Source: Pseudanabaena sp. FACHB-2040 (GTDB taxonomy: Bacteria; Cyanobacteriota; Cyanobacteriia; Phormidesmidales; Phormidesmidaceae). Taken from it: DNA of 24,000 nucleotides. Both the position numbers and the translations under genes were made by a program. Under the pieces are notes generated by a model. The model searched no databases and had not been told where the DNA came from. It saw nothing but the letters and a program-made list of their open reading frames with translations. Positions 7,650 through 15,138 of the stretch are shown piece after piece. The stretch lies in the NCBI RefSeq assembly GCF_014696715.1, contig NZ_JACJQO010000005.1, forward strand, positions 1,226,352 to 1,250,351. Reading direction: 5' to 3'. Each line of letters begins with the position of its first letter. Positions within the stretch are counted from its first letter, which is position 1.

Positions 7650-8666
7650 ATGCATCCTGTATTGAGCTGGCTTAGAAGAGGGTTAGTGGTGGCCGTAGCT
7701 GCGATCGCACTGATGGCGACCGGCTGCTCTAACGCCTTCCTCCCCGACCTGCAGCAAAATCCCTGGAAAGTCATTCAGCTTCCAGTAGAAACCAATTTTT
7801 CTGATATCGCCTTTACTAAAGACCCCAACCACGGCTGGCTAGTCGGCAACCGCAGCAGCCTGCTAGAAACCCGCGATGGCGGCGAAACTTGGGAAGAGCG
7901 ACAGCTAGAGCTGGGCGATCAGAGCTACACTTTTACCTCCGTTGATTTTGCTGGGGACGAAGGCTGGATTGTGGGCGACCCCAGCCTGCTGCTGCACACC
8001 ACCGATGGCGGCACCACCTGGGAGAACTTGCCCCTCAGCGCCAAGCTGCCCGGCACTCCTTTTCTGGTGACGGCACTGGGGCCTAAGTCAGCTGAAATGG
8101 CAACCAACATCGGCGCTATCTACGTCACTCAAGACGGGGGACGCAACTGGAAAGGTTTGGTTGAAGGCGCTGTCGGCGTCGTTCGCAACATGGCCCGTTC
8201 AAAAGAGGGGCGCTATGTTGCTGTTTCATCTCGCGGCAACTTTTACTCCACCTGGGCTCCCGGTCAGCGAGAGTGGCTACCCCACAACCGGAAAAGCTCT
8301 CGCCGCCTGCAAAATATGGGCTTTGACGCCGAAGGTAAGCTCTGGCTAGTAGCTCGGGGCGGGCAAATCCGTTTCTCCGAAACCCTGGGCTCCGACGCCT
8401 TTTTAGACGCGATTACCCCTGAGTTTTCCACCAGTTGGGGGCTGCTAGATATCGCTTACCGCACCCCTCAAGAGCTTTGGGTAACCGGCGGCGGCGGCAC
8501 CCTACTGTTCAGCCCAGATGGGGGCCAGACCTGGTTAAAAGACCAAGCCGTAGGCGATGTTCCTTCGAACCTCAACCGGATAATCTTTACCGATGCGAAT
8601 CACGGGTATATCCTGGGTCAGCGGGGAGTTTTGCTGAAATACGAGGAATCTAGCAGCGCTGCTTAA
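7650..8666 (+). CDS. ycf48: photosystem II assembly factor Ycf48 (HCF136 homologue), lipoprotein
   Basis: 338 aa. It has a signal peptide with a lipobox-like ATGC. NPWKVIQLP, F.D..HGWLVG...LLET.DGG.TWE, EGWIVG.PSLLLHTTDGG.TW and YVTQDGGRNW are the beta-propeller repeats characteristic of Ycf48. It sits in the conserved position between rubA and psbE. Confidence 0.95.
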   Translation: MHPVLSWLRRGLVVAVAAIALMATGCSNAFLPDLQQNPWKVIQLPVETNFSDIAFTKDPNHGWLVGNRSSLLETRDGGETWEERQLELGDQSYTFTSVDFAGDEGWIVGDPSLLLHTTDGGTTWENLPLSAKLPGTPFLVTALGPKSAEMATNIGAIYVTQDGGRNWKGLVEGAVGVVRNMARSKEGRYVAVSSRGNFYSTWAPGQREWLPHNRKSSRRLQNMGFDAEGKLWLVARGGQIRFSETLGSDAFLDAITPEFSTSWGLLDIAYRTPQELWVTGGGGTLLFSPDGGQTWLKDQAVGDVPSNLNRIIFTDANHGYILGQRGVLLKYEESSSAA

Positions 8667-8755
8667 CCCGACAGGAAAAATAACTGCTTGTAAGGGCCTG
8701 CAGCGTTCCGTATGATTGTTATTAAGCTTTCTTTGCCTAAGTAGGAGACGTCGAC

Positions 8756-9004
8756 ATGGCAGGTACAACTGGCGAGCGTCCATTTTCGGACATTATCACC
8801 AGTGTTCGCTATTGGATTATCCATAGCATCACGATCCCCATGCTGTTTATTGCCGGGTGGCTGTTTGTGAGCACTGGGCTAGCCTATGATGCCTTTGGCA
8901 CGCCCCGTCCCAACGAGTACTATCCCGACAACCAAATGCAGATTCCCATCATCAATGACCGCTTCGATGCGAAGCAGCAGATTGATGATTTCACATCACG
9001 TTAG
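8756..9004 (+). CDS. psbE: cytochrome b559 alpha subunit
   Basis: 82 aa. [55 protein letters not shown] is near-identical to consensus PsbE, including the haem-ligand His in IHSI. An SD-like aggag lies upstream. Confidence 0.97.
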   Translation: MAGTTGERPFSDIITSVRYWIIHSITIPMLFIAGWLFVSTGLAYDAFGTPRPNEYYPDNQMQIPIINDRFDAKQQIDDFTSR

Positions 9005-9033
9005 CAGTTCAACTTGAGTTTGAAATAAGCCCT

Positions 9034-9165
9034 ATGCAGTCCAACACACCCGGCGAAATTACCTATCCCATTTTCACCATACGCTGGCTGGCCGTACACA
9101 CTCTGGCCGTCCCCACCGTATTTTTCCTAGGCGCAATCGCCGCAATGCAGTTCATTCAACGGTAG
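9034..9165 (+). CDS. psbF: cytochrome b559 beta subunit
   Basis: Not in the ORF track (43 aa). My translation is [43 protein letters not shown], which is consensus PsbF with its haem-ligand His. Confidence 0.95.
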   Translation: MQSNTPGEITYPIFTIRWLAVHTLAVPTVFFLGAIAAMQFIQR

Positions 9166-9174
9166 GAGACACTC

Positions 9175-9294
9175 GTGGATCGGATACCCAACCCTAATAA
9201 GCAGCCCGTCGAACTCAACCGAACATCCCTCTTTCTGGGCTTGCTGATGGTCTTTGTTCTAGGACTCTTATTTTCCAGCTACTTCTTTAACTAA
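9175..9294 (+). CDS. psbL: photosystem II protein L
   Basis: Not in the ORF track (39 aa). A GTG start sits 6 nt after an aggag SD. My translation is (M)[38 protein letters not shown], which is consensus PsbL. Confidence 0.93.
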   Translation: MDRIPNPNKQPVELNRTSLFLGLLMVFVLGLLFSSYFFN

Positions 9295-9303
9295 ACCCTG
9301 TTA

Positions 9304-9341
9304 GTCAGATTTGTCTGTCTAGTTTGCCAGACAAGCCTGAC
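9304..9341 (+). other. stable stem-loop in the psbL-psbJ spacer
   Basis: gtcag-a-tttgtctg (9304-9317), loop tctagtttgc, cagacaag-c-ctgac (9328-9341). This gives 13 pairs including one G-U, with a 1x1 internal mismatch. Confidence 0.5.
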
Positions 9342-9388
9342 CCAAATTTTCTAGCTGTGTTTGAGATAAACGGTAGGAGGTGTTAGCA

Positions 9389-9508
9389 ATGCTTCAAAGT
9401 GGTCGGATTCCTCTGTGGATTGTTGCAACTGTTGCAGGTACGGGCGTTTTAGTGGTTGTGGGCTTGTTCTTCTACGGGGCCTACGCCGGTGTCGGTTCTT
9501 CTATGTAG
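9389..9508 (+). CDS. psbJ: photosystem II protein J
   Basis: Not in the ORF track (39 aa). An aggagg SD lies 7 nt upstream. My translation is [39 protein letters not shown], which is consensus PsbJ. Confidence 0.93.
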   Translation: MLQSGRIPLWIVATVAGTGVLVVVGLFFYGAYAGVGSSM

Positions 9509-9545
9509 ATTGGGCTGACCCGATTTTGGATTGCCTCATCTAGGT

Positions 9546-9576
9546 AAGAGAGATCGCAATAATTGCGATCTCTCTT
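9546..9576. terminator. perfect 15-bp palindromic hairpin ending the psbEFLJ operon (convergent with the phosphoesterase gene)
   Basis: aagagagatcgcaat (9546-9560), a, attgcgatctctctt (9562-9576). It lies 38 nt after the psbJ stop and 52 nt from the stop of the convergent gene. The core is HIP1-like (gatcgca/tgcgatc). There is no strong U-tract. Confidence 0.6.
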
Positions 9577-9627
9577 GCTCTAAAATTGCCTCGAAATCGC
9601 CAGAAAGCTTTCCTGGCGATTTCGCAT

Positions 9628-11502
9628 TTAAGGCTGACCAATGGGAAACTCGTCAAATTTGACGGCTGCCGAACTGGGTTGGCGGGTATCAAAGTAGTAG
9701 CTGCTGATCAGCCCAGTGCCCGTATCAAAAATGCTGAAAACGGTCACCTCATTGCTAGCCAAAAACGGCTGCGGAGTTTCCGTGTCGTTTGGCGGAGAGA
9801 CCAGAGTCGGCATGACGGGTTCCAAACCGTTGGGATCGCCCGTAGCGGTGTAGTAGCTTGCGGTAAAGCCCGCATCCCCTGAAGGCACCGGACGCGCCTT
9901 GTCTTGCCAGTACGCCCCATAGGTATTGCCCACGTTAGAAGCTTCTAGGTAGTGGGTACCGCTGGGGCTAATAAAGCGATTCCAGAGGTGGGAGTGGCCG
10001 TAAAACACCAGGTCTACCCCAGCATTCTCCAACAGAGGCACTAGATCTCGCATGATTTGGTCGTCGGGCTTGGGGTATTCGTAGCGAACCGCCTTCAAAC
10101 TGCCGTCGGGCCAGCGGTCATATACCGGCACCGGGTCGGCAAAGGGCGGCACGATGTTATCGCCCAGCGTATGCGGCGGATGGTGAAACATCACCACCTT
10201 ATAGCGGGCCCGCCGAAAGGCCTCGCTGGCCAGCTCCTGCTGCAGCCACTGATACTGCAGGCTGCCTTGGGCAATAGACTCAAAGATGTGATGGCCATAC
10301 CCCCAATTTTGGGGCGTGCCTAAATCCTGCTCTCGCTCCTGGTAGCGGCCTCTGGCTGTGGGGCTAAGATCCGGCGTGCGCCAAATTTGAGCCACGTAGA
10401 GCGACACCAGACGGACATCACCAAAGGTCACCGCATAGTAGCGAGACGTTTCCTCTGGCCGCTCTGGATTGAGCACCGAGGTCACGGGCAGGCTAAAAAT
10501 TTCCTCATAGGTGTCTGAGTTAAAAGAGTTATTGACAATCCACTGGCGGCGCAGGCCAGGGTCGTTGCTGGGGTTGAATAGATCGACGTTGGCTTCATAG
10601 GTTTGCAGCGCGGCACTGCGGGGCAACGGGTTGCCGAACTGGGCATTGAGCGAGGCGCTACTGGAGTAGCGGCCCATGACCTCATGGTTACCGAGGGCTG
10701 GGAAGAGGGGAGCGTGCTGGATCAGCTCTCCCCCCCGGTAGCGGGTTGTCGTGCCGTTGCGCTCTAGAGAATAGTCGGCGCGGCCTTGGAGCGAGGGAAA
10801 AAAGGCATTGCCCAGAGCATGGTCAAACCACTCTGAAGCCCGATCGGGAATGTTCACCAGATCGCCTGCCAGAAACACGGCATCGACCTGACCTACGGTT
10901 TCCTGCACCTTTTGTAGGTTAGCTGGAGTCATGGGCATAAGCTGGTGGTCGGAGGTCAGCAGGATTTTAAGAGGCTGGCCTGGAGACGGTGCCGCAGCCA
11001 GGGTAAAGACGCGGCTTTTGACCACGCTGCCATCGTCGCGCTGGCTGATCACGTGGTAGGGCACACGAACGCCGGGGGATAGCCCGGTTACCACAGCTTC
11101 ATGCCGCCAGATGGCACGGCGAACGGCCTGCTTTAAGTCTTGAAACTCAGGCTGGGTAACTTTAGAATCAGCATCTTCGCGGGTTCGGCTGAGTTGGGTG
11201 GTGGTTGCGATCGCACGCCGTTCGCCTTCGTTCCCAGCCTCCAGAACCTGCGTGCTCTGCCCCGGCTGGCCATAGATCACCTCGTGATCTTGACCCTCAA
11301 ATTCTGTGAACCAGACCACCCGAGTTGAGGTCGAAGTTGGGTACTGTAGGAAGGGATCGCTCAACAGACCTGTCTTCATTACGACCGGCTCCTGTCCTTG
11401 AAATAAAGAAGAAACTCGTGGCTCAAGCGTCACCAGCAGCAACGTTGTTAGCACCAGCAAAAGGCCGGGTATCAGTAAAGTAAAGTCTTCACGCCGTCTC
11501 AT
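9628..11502 (-). CDS. secreted or membrane-anchored metallophosphoesterase (calcineurin-like, purple-acid-phosphatase-type architecture)
   Basis: 624 aa. It has an N-terminal hydrophobic anchor or signal (FTLLIPGLLLVLTTLLLV) and a PAP-like N-terminal beta domain (STRVVWFTEFEGQDHEVIYG). The metallophosphoesterase motifs appear in order: LLTSDHQ (DxH), FLAGDLVN (GD), ALGNHE (GNHE), MFHHPPH, FYGHSHLWNRF (GHxH). Confidence 0.85.
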   Translation of the reverse strand: MRRREDFTLLIPGLLLVLTTLLLVTLEPRVSSLFQGQEPVVMKTGLLSDPFLQYPTSTSTRVVWFTEFEGQDHEVIYGQPGQSTQVLEAGNEGERRAIATTTQLSRTREDADSKVTQPEFQDLKQAVRRAIWRHEAVVTGLSPGVRVPYHVISQRDDGSVVKSRVFTLAAAPSPGQPLKILLTSDHQLMPMTPANLQKVQETVGQVDAVFLAGDLVNIPDRASEWFDHALGNAFFPSLQGRADYSLERNGTTTRYRGGELIQHAPLFPALGNHEVMGRYSSSASLNAQFGNPLPRSAALQTYEANVDLFNPSNDPGLRRQWIVNNSFNSDTYEEIFSLPVTSVLNPERPEETSRYYAVTFGDVRLVSLYVAQIWRTPDLSPTARGRYQEREQDLGTPQNWGYGHHIFESIAQGSLQYQWLQQELASEAFRRARYKVVMFHHPPHTLGDNIVPPFADPVPVYDRWPDGSLKAVRYEYPKPDDQIMRDLVPLLENAGVDLVFYGHSHLWNRFISPSGTHYLEASNVGNTYGAYWQDKARPVPSGDAGFTASYYTATGDPNGLEPVMPTLVSPPNDTETPQPFLASNEVTVFSIFDTGTGLISSYYFDTRQPSSAAVKFDEFPIGQP

Positions 11503-11650
11503 AAACCCTGAGAACCCTCTTTAAAGCACCTCCAGCCTAGACTAGCCGCAATAGAGCCGCTTAAGAAACTGTCTGCGCAACTGTCATTAGCAAGAAAATG
11601 TTGTAACACTGAAAAGACCCGGTACTGAACTCGGATTACTCGAAGGAACT

Positions 11651-12481
11651 ATGGCGTCCTGCCAGACTTCATCGCCCAAGCGCCGAAAGATCAAACTTTT
11701 CCTGGGAGCACCGCTGCTGCTGGCATCCTTGGCCTTCCATGGGCTAGTTTTGTCGCTGCCGATGCCGGGCGAAGAGACCGAAGAAGAGGCTGTCGTAGAG
11801 CCTGGCAGCCCTGAGGCACCCCTTGACGCCATTCAGGTGTCGCGGCTGCCCTCAGCGGCAACCCGCCCAGATCCGCCTTCGAATGAGGCTTCTACCAAAG
11901 CCAAACCACCCCCCACCGCTGCCCAACCTGCGGCTCCCACTGCCACCCCAGCCCCAGCTCAGGCCCAAGCACCGGCCCCAGTTCAAGCTGAGCCTGAGCA
12001 GCAGGCCGCTGCCGATCCGCCCCCACCGTCAGATTTAGAACCACTGCCCGCCGAACCTCCACCCCCCACGTTGGAGGAACGATTGCGTGATTCATCCTCC
12101 TACACGCCTAACAACCTCGCTAAAGAGGCAGCGGGCACCTCTGACTTCACCAACTGGTACCTCGCCGCCCTTTCTACTCAGGGCGACGGTTCGTCCCTAG
12201 AGATGGGGGACAAGGGTCTAGAGCCGCTGAGGATACAGTATCCGCTCAATACATGCCTGACCCCAGCCCCGGTAGAAGGCGGTCTAGGGGTAGTGGTTAA
12301 TCCCGATGGTACGGTCAACCGAGAACCCGAGATCTTGGCCAGTACCGGCTACGACGTTCTAGATGATCAGGCGAAGGCTGCCATTTCTAACTATCCCTTC
12401 CCCCAGAGAGGGGCGCTGGTAGCCTATGGTCTGTCAGTCGTGGTGGAGTACGATGCAGCGACCTGTGTGCCGCCGAATTAG
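11651..12481 (+). CDS. TonB-like protein (N-terminal anchor, Pro/Ala-rich spacer, TonB-C-like domain)
   Basis: 276 aa. It has a basic N-terminus plus a TM segment (KLFLGAPLLLASLAFHGLVLSL). A ~100-aa P/A/Q/E-rich rod follows (PPPTAAQPAAPTATPAPAQAQAPAPVQAEPE...PPPPSDLEPLPAEPPPP). The C-terminal segment GVVVNPDGTVNREPEILASTGYDVLDDQAKAAISNYPFP resembles the TonB C-terminal fold motif. No exbB or exbD is adjacent. Confidence 0.6.
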   Translation: MASCQTSSPKRRKIKLFLGAPLLLASLAFHGLVLSLPMPGEETEEEAVVEPGSPEAPLDAIQVSRLPSAATRPDPPSNEASTKAKPPPTAAQPAAPTATPAPAQAQAPAPVQAEPEQQAAADPPPPSDLEPLPAEPPPPTLEERLRDSSSYTPNNLAKEAAGTSDFTNWYLAALSTQGDGSSLEMGDKGLEPLRIQYPLNTCLTPAPVEGGLGVVVNPDGTVNREPEILASTGYDVLDDQAKAAISNYPFPQRGALVAYGLSVVVEYDAATCVPPN

Positions 12482-12560
12482 GTTTGATGCTCTTTCGTTA
12501 AAGGTGTGAGGCGCAAAGATCGGATGTTTGGGGCATTGAGCTTGCGATCGCACAAACCCG

Positions 12561-13631
12561 CTAGAACTCTAGCCGCAGCTGCACATAGTCAACTTCGACA
12601 GGCGTAAGGTTAGATAGGGTAATGCCGAGCAGGCGAACGGGCTGCTGCCGCTCCAGGTGGGCCAGCAGCAGGTCTTGGGCCAAGGGCAGAATTTCAGTGG
12701 GCTTGATCGGCTCTGGTAGAGTACGGCTGCGGGTGACCTGGCGGTAGCTGGCATATTTGATCTTGAGGGTGAGGGTGTGGCCCTGGCGGCGCTGCTGGAT
12801 CAACCGCTCGCTAACTTCTGCCGCGATTTGCTGTAGAGCTTGAGTCATGCTGTCCAGGGTTTTTAGGTCGGTAGCAAAGGACTGTTCAGCCCCAATCGAC
12901 TTACGGATACGGTTAGGATTGACCGGGCGCTCATCTTGGCCTCGGGCTACTCGGTAGTAGAATTGGCCCGCTTTGCCAAAGCGCCGCACCAGATCAGCTT
13001 CAGGCCACTGCTTCAGATCAGCGCCTGTGTAAATGCCGAGCGATCGCATTTTTGCCGCTGTTTTTTCACCAATACCGTGGAACTTCTCAATCGCCAGAGT
13101 TTCTACAAATGCCTCGGACTCTTCTGGAGCGATTAGGGTCAGGCCATCGGGCTTGTTCAAACCAGAGGCCATTTTGGCCAGAAATTTGTTGATCGACACC
13201 CCTGCCGAGGCCGTCAGATGAGTTTCCTTGAGAATGTCCTGCTTGATAGCCCGTGCGATCGCCATCGCGGAAGGAATGGCCCGCTTGTTCTCTGTCACAT
13301 CTAAGTAGGCTTCATCTAGAGATAGGGGCTCAACCCAGTCCGTGTAGCGGTGAAAGACCTCTCGAATCTGCTGCGAGACCTGCCGATACACCTCAAACCG
13401 AGGCTTGACAAAGATTAGCTCTGGGCAGCGCTGCTGGGCAATGCGCGACGGCAGCGCCGAATGCACCCCAAATTGGCGGGCCTCGTAACTAGCAGCCGCC
13501 ACGGCTCCCCGCTGATCGGGGCGACCGCCTACAGCAATCGGTTTGCCCCGGTAGGCCAAATGGTCGCGCTGCTCAACCGAGGCGAAGAAAGCGTCCATAT
13601 CAATGTGGAGAATCTTGCGCAACTCAGCCAT
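12561..13631 (-). CDS. dinB: DNA polymerase IV (Y-family translesion polymerase)
   Basis: 356 aa. ILHIDMDAFFASVEQRD, PIAVGG, RGAVAAASYEAR.FGV.SA, SLDEAYLDVT, TASAGVS.NKFLAKMASGLNKPDG and IEKFHGIGEKTA are canonical DinB motifs across the full length. Confidence 0.93.
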   Translation of the reverse strand: MAELRKILHIDMDAFFASVEQRDHLAYRGKPIAVGGRPDQRGAVAAASYEARQFGVHSALPSRIAQQRCPELIFVKPRFEVYRQVSQQIREVFHRYTDWVEPLSLDEAYLDVTENKRAIPSAMAIARAIKQDILKETHLTASAGVSINKFLAKMASGLNKPDGLTLIAPEESEAFVETLAIEKFHGIGEKTAAKMRSLGIYTGADLKQWPEADLVRRFGKAGQFYYRVARGQDERPVNPNRIRKSIGAEQSFATDLKTLDSMTQALQQIAAEVSERLIQQRRQGHTLTLKIKYASYRQVTRSRTLPEPIKPTEILPLAQDLLLAHLERQQPVRLLGITLSNLTPVEVDYVQLRLEF

Positions 13632-13772
13632 GTCAAGGCCTATCTCCAGAAGGACGGTTATACACCCTTAGGCAGAGAGCTTTCCAGACCCCCAATCCCA
13701 CCCGCCTCTTCCACCATTTAAGTATGGATATTTTAGGCACGGTTACGTGCTGATACAGCGAAGGAGGACGAC

Positions 13773-14327
13773 ATGCTGCGCTCACCTTGGTCACCCATGG
13801 AATCTTTAGGCCCCAACTATCAACACATGGCAGCGCTCTGGTCGGCGCTGGCTCCCCTAGATGGCTTTGCCAGCCAGGCCGTTCCCTCTCTAGAACTGCG
13901 GGAAACCGAGGATAGCCTCTTAATTACCGTCACTCTACCTGGCCAAGATCTCAGGGATGTACAGGTGCAGGCCACACCCCACAGCCTGATGCTCGTTGGT
14001 CAACAGCAGCGCGGCTATCAAGACCGCTACGGCTACAGCGCTGGCTACGCGCAGTTTCAGCACACCATTCCCCTCCCCGTTCCGGTACAGGACGACCAGA
14101 TGCAGGTTGCTTTCCAAGGAGAACTCCTAGTAGTGACGTTGCCTAAAGCTCGGCAGCAGCCGTTTTGGCGCAGCCCTACCCAAAAGCTGGGCACTGCACT
14201 GGAAGACTGGACGCTGATTGACGAGGTGAAGCACCAAGGCCACCGGCTAGGCCGAGGCTGGCGACAGTTCAAGCAGTGGCTGGGCCGACAGCTGCACCGG
14301 ATAGGTGACTTACTTTTACAAGATTAG
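13773..14327 (+). CDS. atypical small heat-shock protein (Hsp20/alpha-crystallin domain) with a long basic W-rich C-terminal extension
   Basis: 184 aa. An alpha-crystallin-like core is present: PSLELRETEDSLLITVTLPGQDLRDVQVQATPHSLMLVGQQQR...FQHTIPLPVPVQDDQMQVAFQGELLVVTLPKA. An aaggagg SD sits 6 nt upstream of the ATG. The C-terminal ~60 aa (WRSPTQKLG...GRGWRQFKQWLGRQLHRIG) is not typical of sHSPs. Confidence 0.7.
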   Translation: MLRSPWSPMESLGPNYQHMAALWSALAPLDGFASQAVPSLELRETEDSLLITVTLPGQDLRDVQVQATPHSLMLVGQQQRGYQDRYGYSAGYAQFQHTIPLPVPVQDDQMQVAFQGELLVVTLPKARQQPFWRSPTQKLGTALEDWTLIDEVKHQGHRLGRGWRQFKQWLGRQLHRIGDLLLQD

Positions 14328-14419
14328 TCAGCGAAATCTAAAGGCTCGCTAAGAAAATGCAACGGTTACACCCTTGTGAGTGACACTAAAAATCTACTGT
14401 TGCGAAAAACTAACTTCAA

Positions 14420-14773
14420 ATGAGCGAGTTCTTTGATTTCTTGAAACACAAGTACGCCTATGTTGCTGTGGGCGAATTCAAGCCGGGCTGTTTTGGCGAA
14501 GCCCGCCAGCTTTACGAAAAAGCAGTTTCTACTTATCGCAAGGGCTTTAAGGGAGCCTATCTGCTACAGGAACCCGGCACAGAAAAGGGCATTGCCGTTA
14601 TCCTTTGGGACAGCATCGAGGACATGGACGAGCACAAGAACGAAATCTATAACCAAACGCTGGCTAAAATCGCTCACCTCTATGCCGCACCACCTGTCAC
14701 TTCGTTTTATGAAGTCTGTAGTGAAATTGGCCTGCCGGGTGAAATCAAATCGGCTGAGGCAATTGGCAGCTGA
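14420..14773 (+). CDS. hypothetical protein, possibly ABM/Dabb-like ferredoxin-fold domain
   Basis: 117-aa ORF. The pattern YVAVGEFKPGCFGEARQLYEKAV...GFKGAYLLQEPGTEKGIAVILWDSIEDMDEH resembles antibiotic-biosynthesis-monooxygenase-type domains. This is weak, by-eye recognition only. The overlapping +1-frame ORF at 14460..14789 is not favoured. Confidence 0.45.
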   Translation: MSEFFDFLKHKYAYVAVGEFKPGCFGEARQLYEKAVSTYRKGFKGAYLLQEPGTEKGIAVILWDSIEDMDEHKNEIYNQTLAKIAHLYAAPPVTSFYEVCSEIGLPGEIKSAEAIGS

Positions 14774-14889
14774 AGCAGTTGGCCGCTAAACTCTGGCTTG
14801 ATTTTCTGGCGGTTTGCCACTTCTGACTGTTTGATAAACAACCCTTTAGAATCTTAAAAGCAGATTTGTCAGTACAGCGTTTAGAAGTT

Positions 14890-15138
14890 ATGGCGAAACA
14901 TACCCAGGCCCATATGTCCCGAACGGTGCCCAAGAGTCAGTCGGAGTTTACTAAGCAGCGCACCCGTAGCCAGATGGAGTACTACATGGGGGCAAAGCTG
15001 ATTGAGGTGGGCGTTAACCCCAAGTCGGCTATCTACCGCTGGGCCACCGAGGACAAGGGCAGCAATGAGGTCTGGACCTACAGTGCCTACTGGGGTGATT
15101 CGCGCGAAAAAATCGAAGCGGAAGAATCATTGACCTAA
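14890..15138 (+). CDS. small hypothetical protein (82 aa from the first ATG)
   Basis: The ORF track starts at a TTG (14866). The first ATG is at 14890 (MAKHTQAHMSRTVPKSQSEFTKQRTRSQ...). It has a basic N-terminus and a W/Y-rich C-terminal half. I recognise no family. Its stop overlaps the convergent rsmB stop by 4 nt. Confidence 0.4.
   Translation: MAKHTQAHMSRTVPKSQSEFTKQRTRSQMEYYMGAKLIEVGVNPKSAIYRWATEDKGSNEVWTYSAYWGDSREKIEAEESLT

Noticed and set aside
9586-9882. 98-aa + strand ORF overlapping the 3' end of the metallophosphoesterase gene
   Set aside because: It is antisense to a well-supported CDS. It starts within the convergent terminator region and has no supporting signals.
11544-11570. 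Pho-box-like 8+3 periodicity (CTTAAGCG-GCT-CTATTGCG-GCT on the minus strand) upstream of the phosphoesterase
   Set aside because: Only the first unit resembles PyTTAAPyPy(T/A), and the others do not. I kept it as a remark inside a low-interest finding, not as a feature.
13652-13664. LexA-box-like sequence upstream of dinB (minus strand tgtataaccgtcc versus RGTAC-N3-DGTWC)
   Set aside because: It has at least three mismatches to the Anabaena-type consensus, including the core C of GTAC and the W position. It is not distinguishable from chance without a genome-wide motif model.
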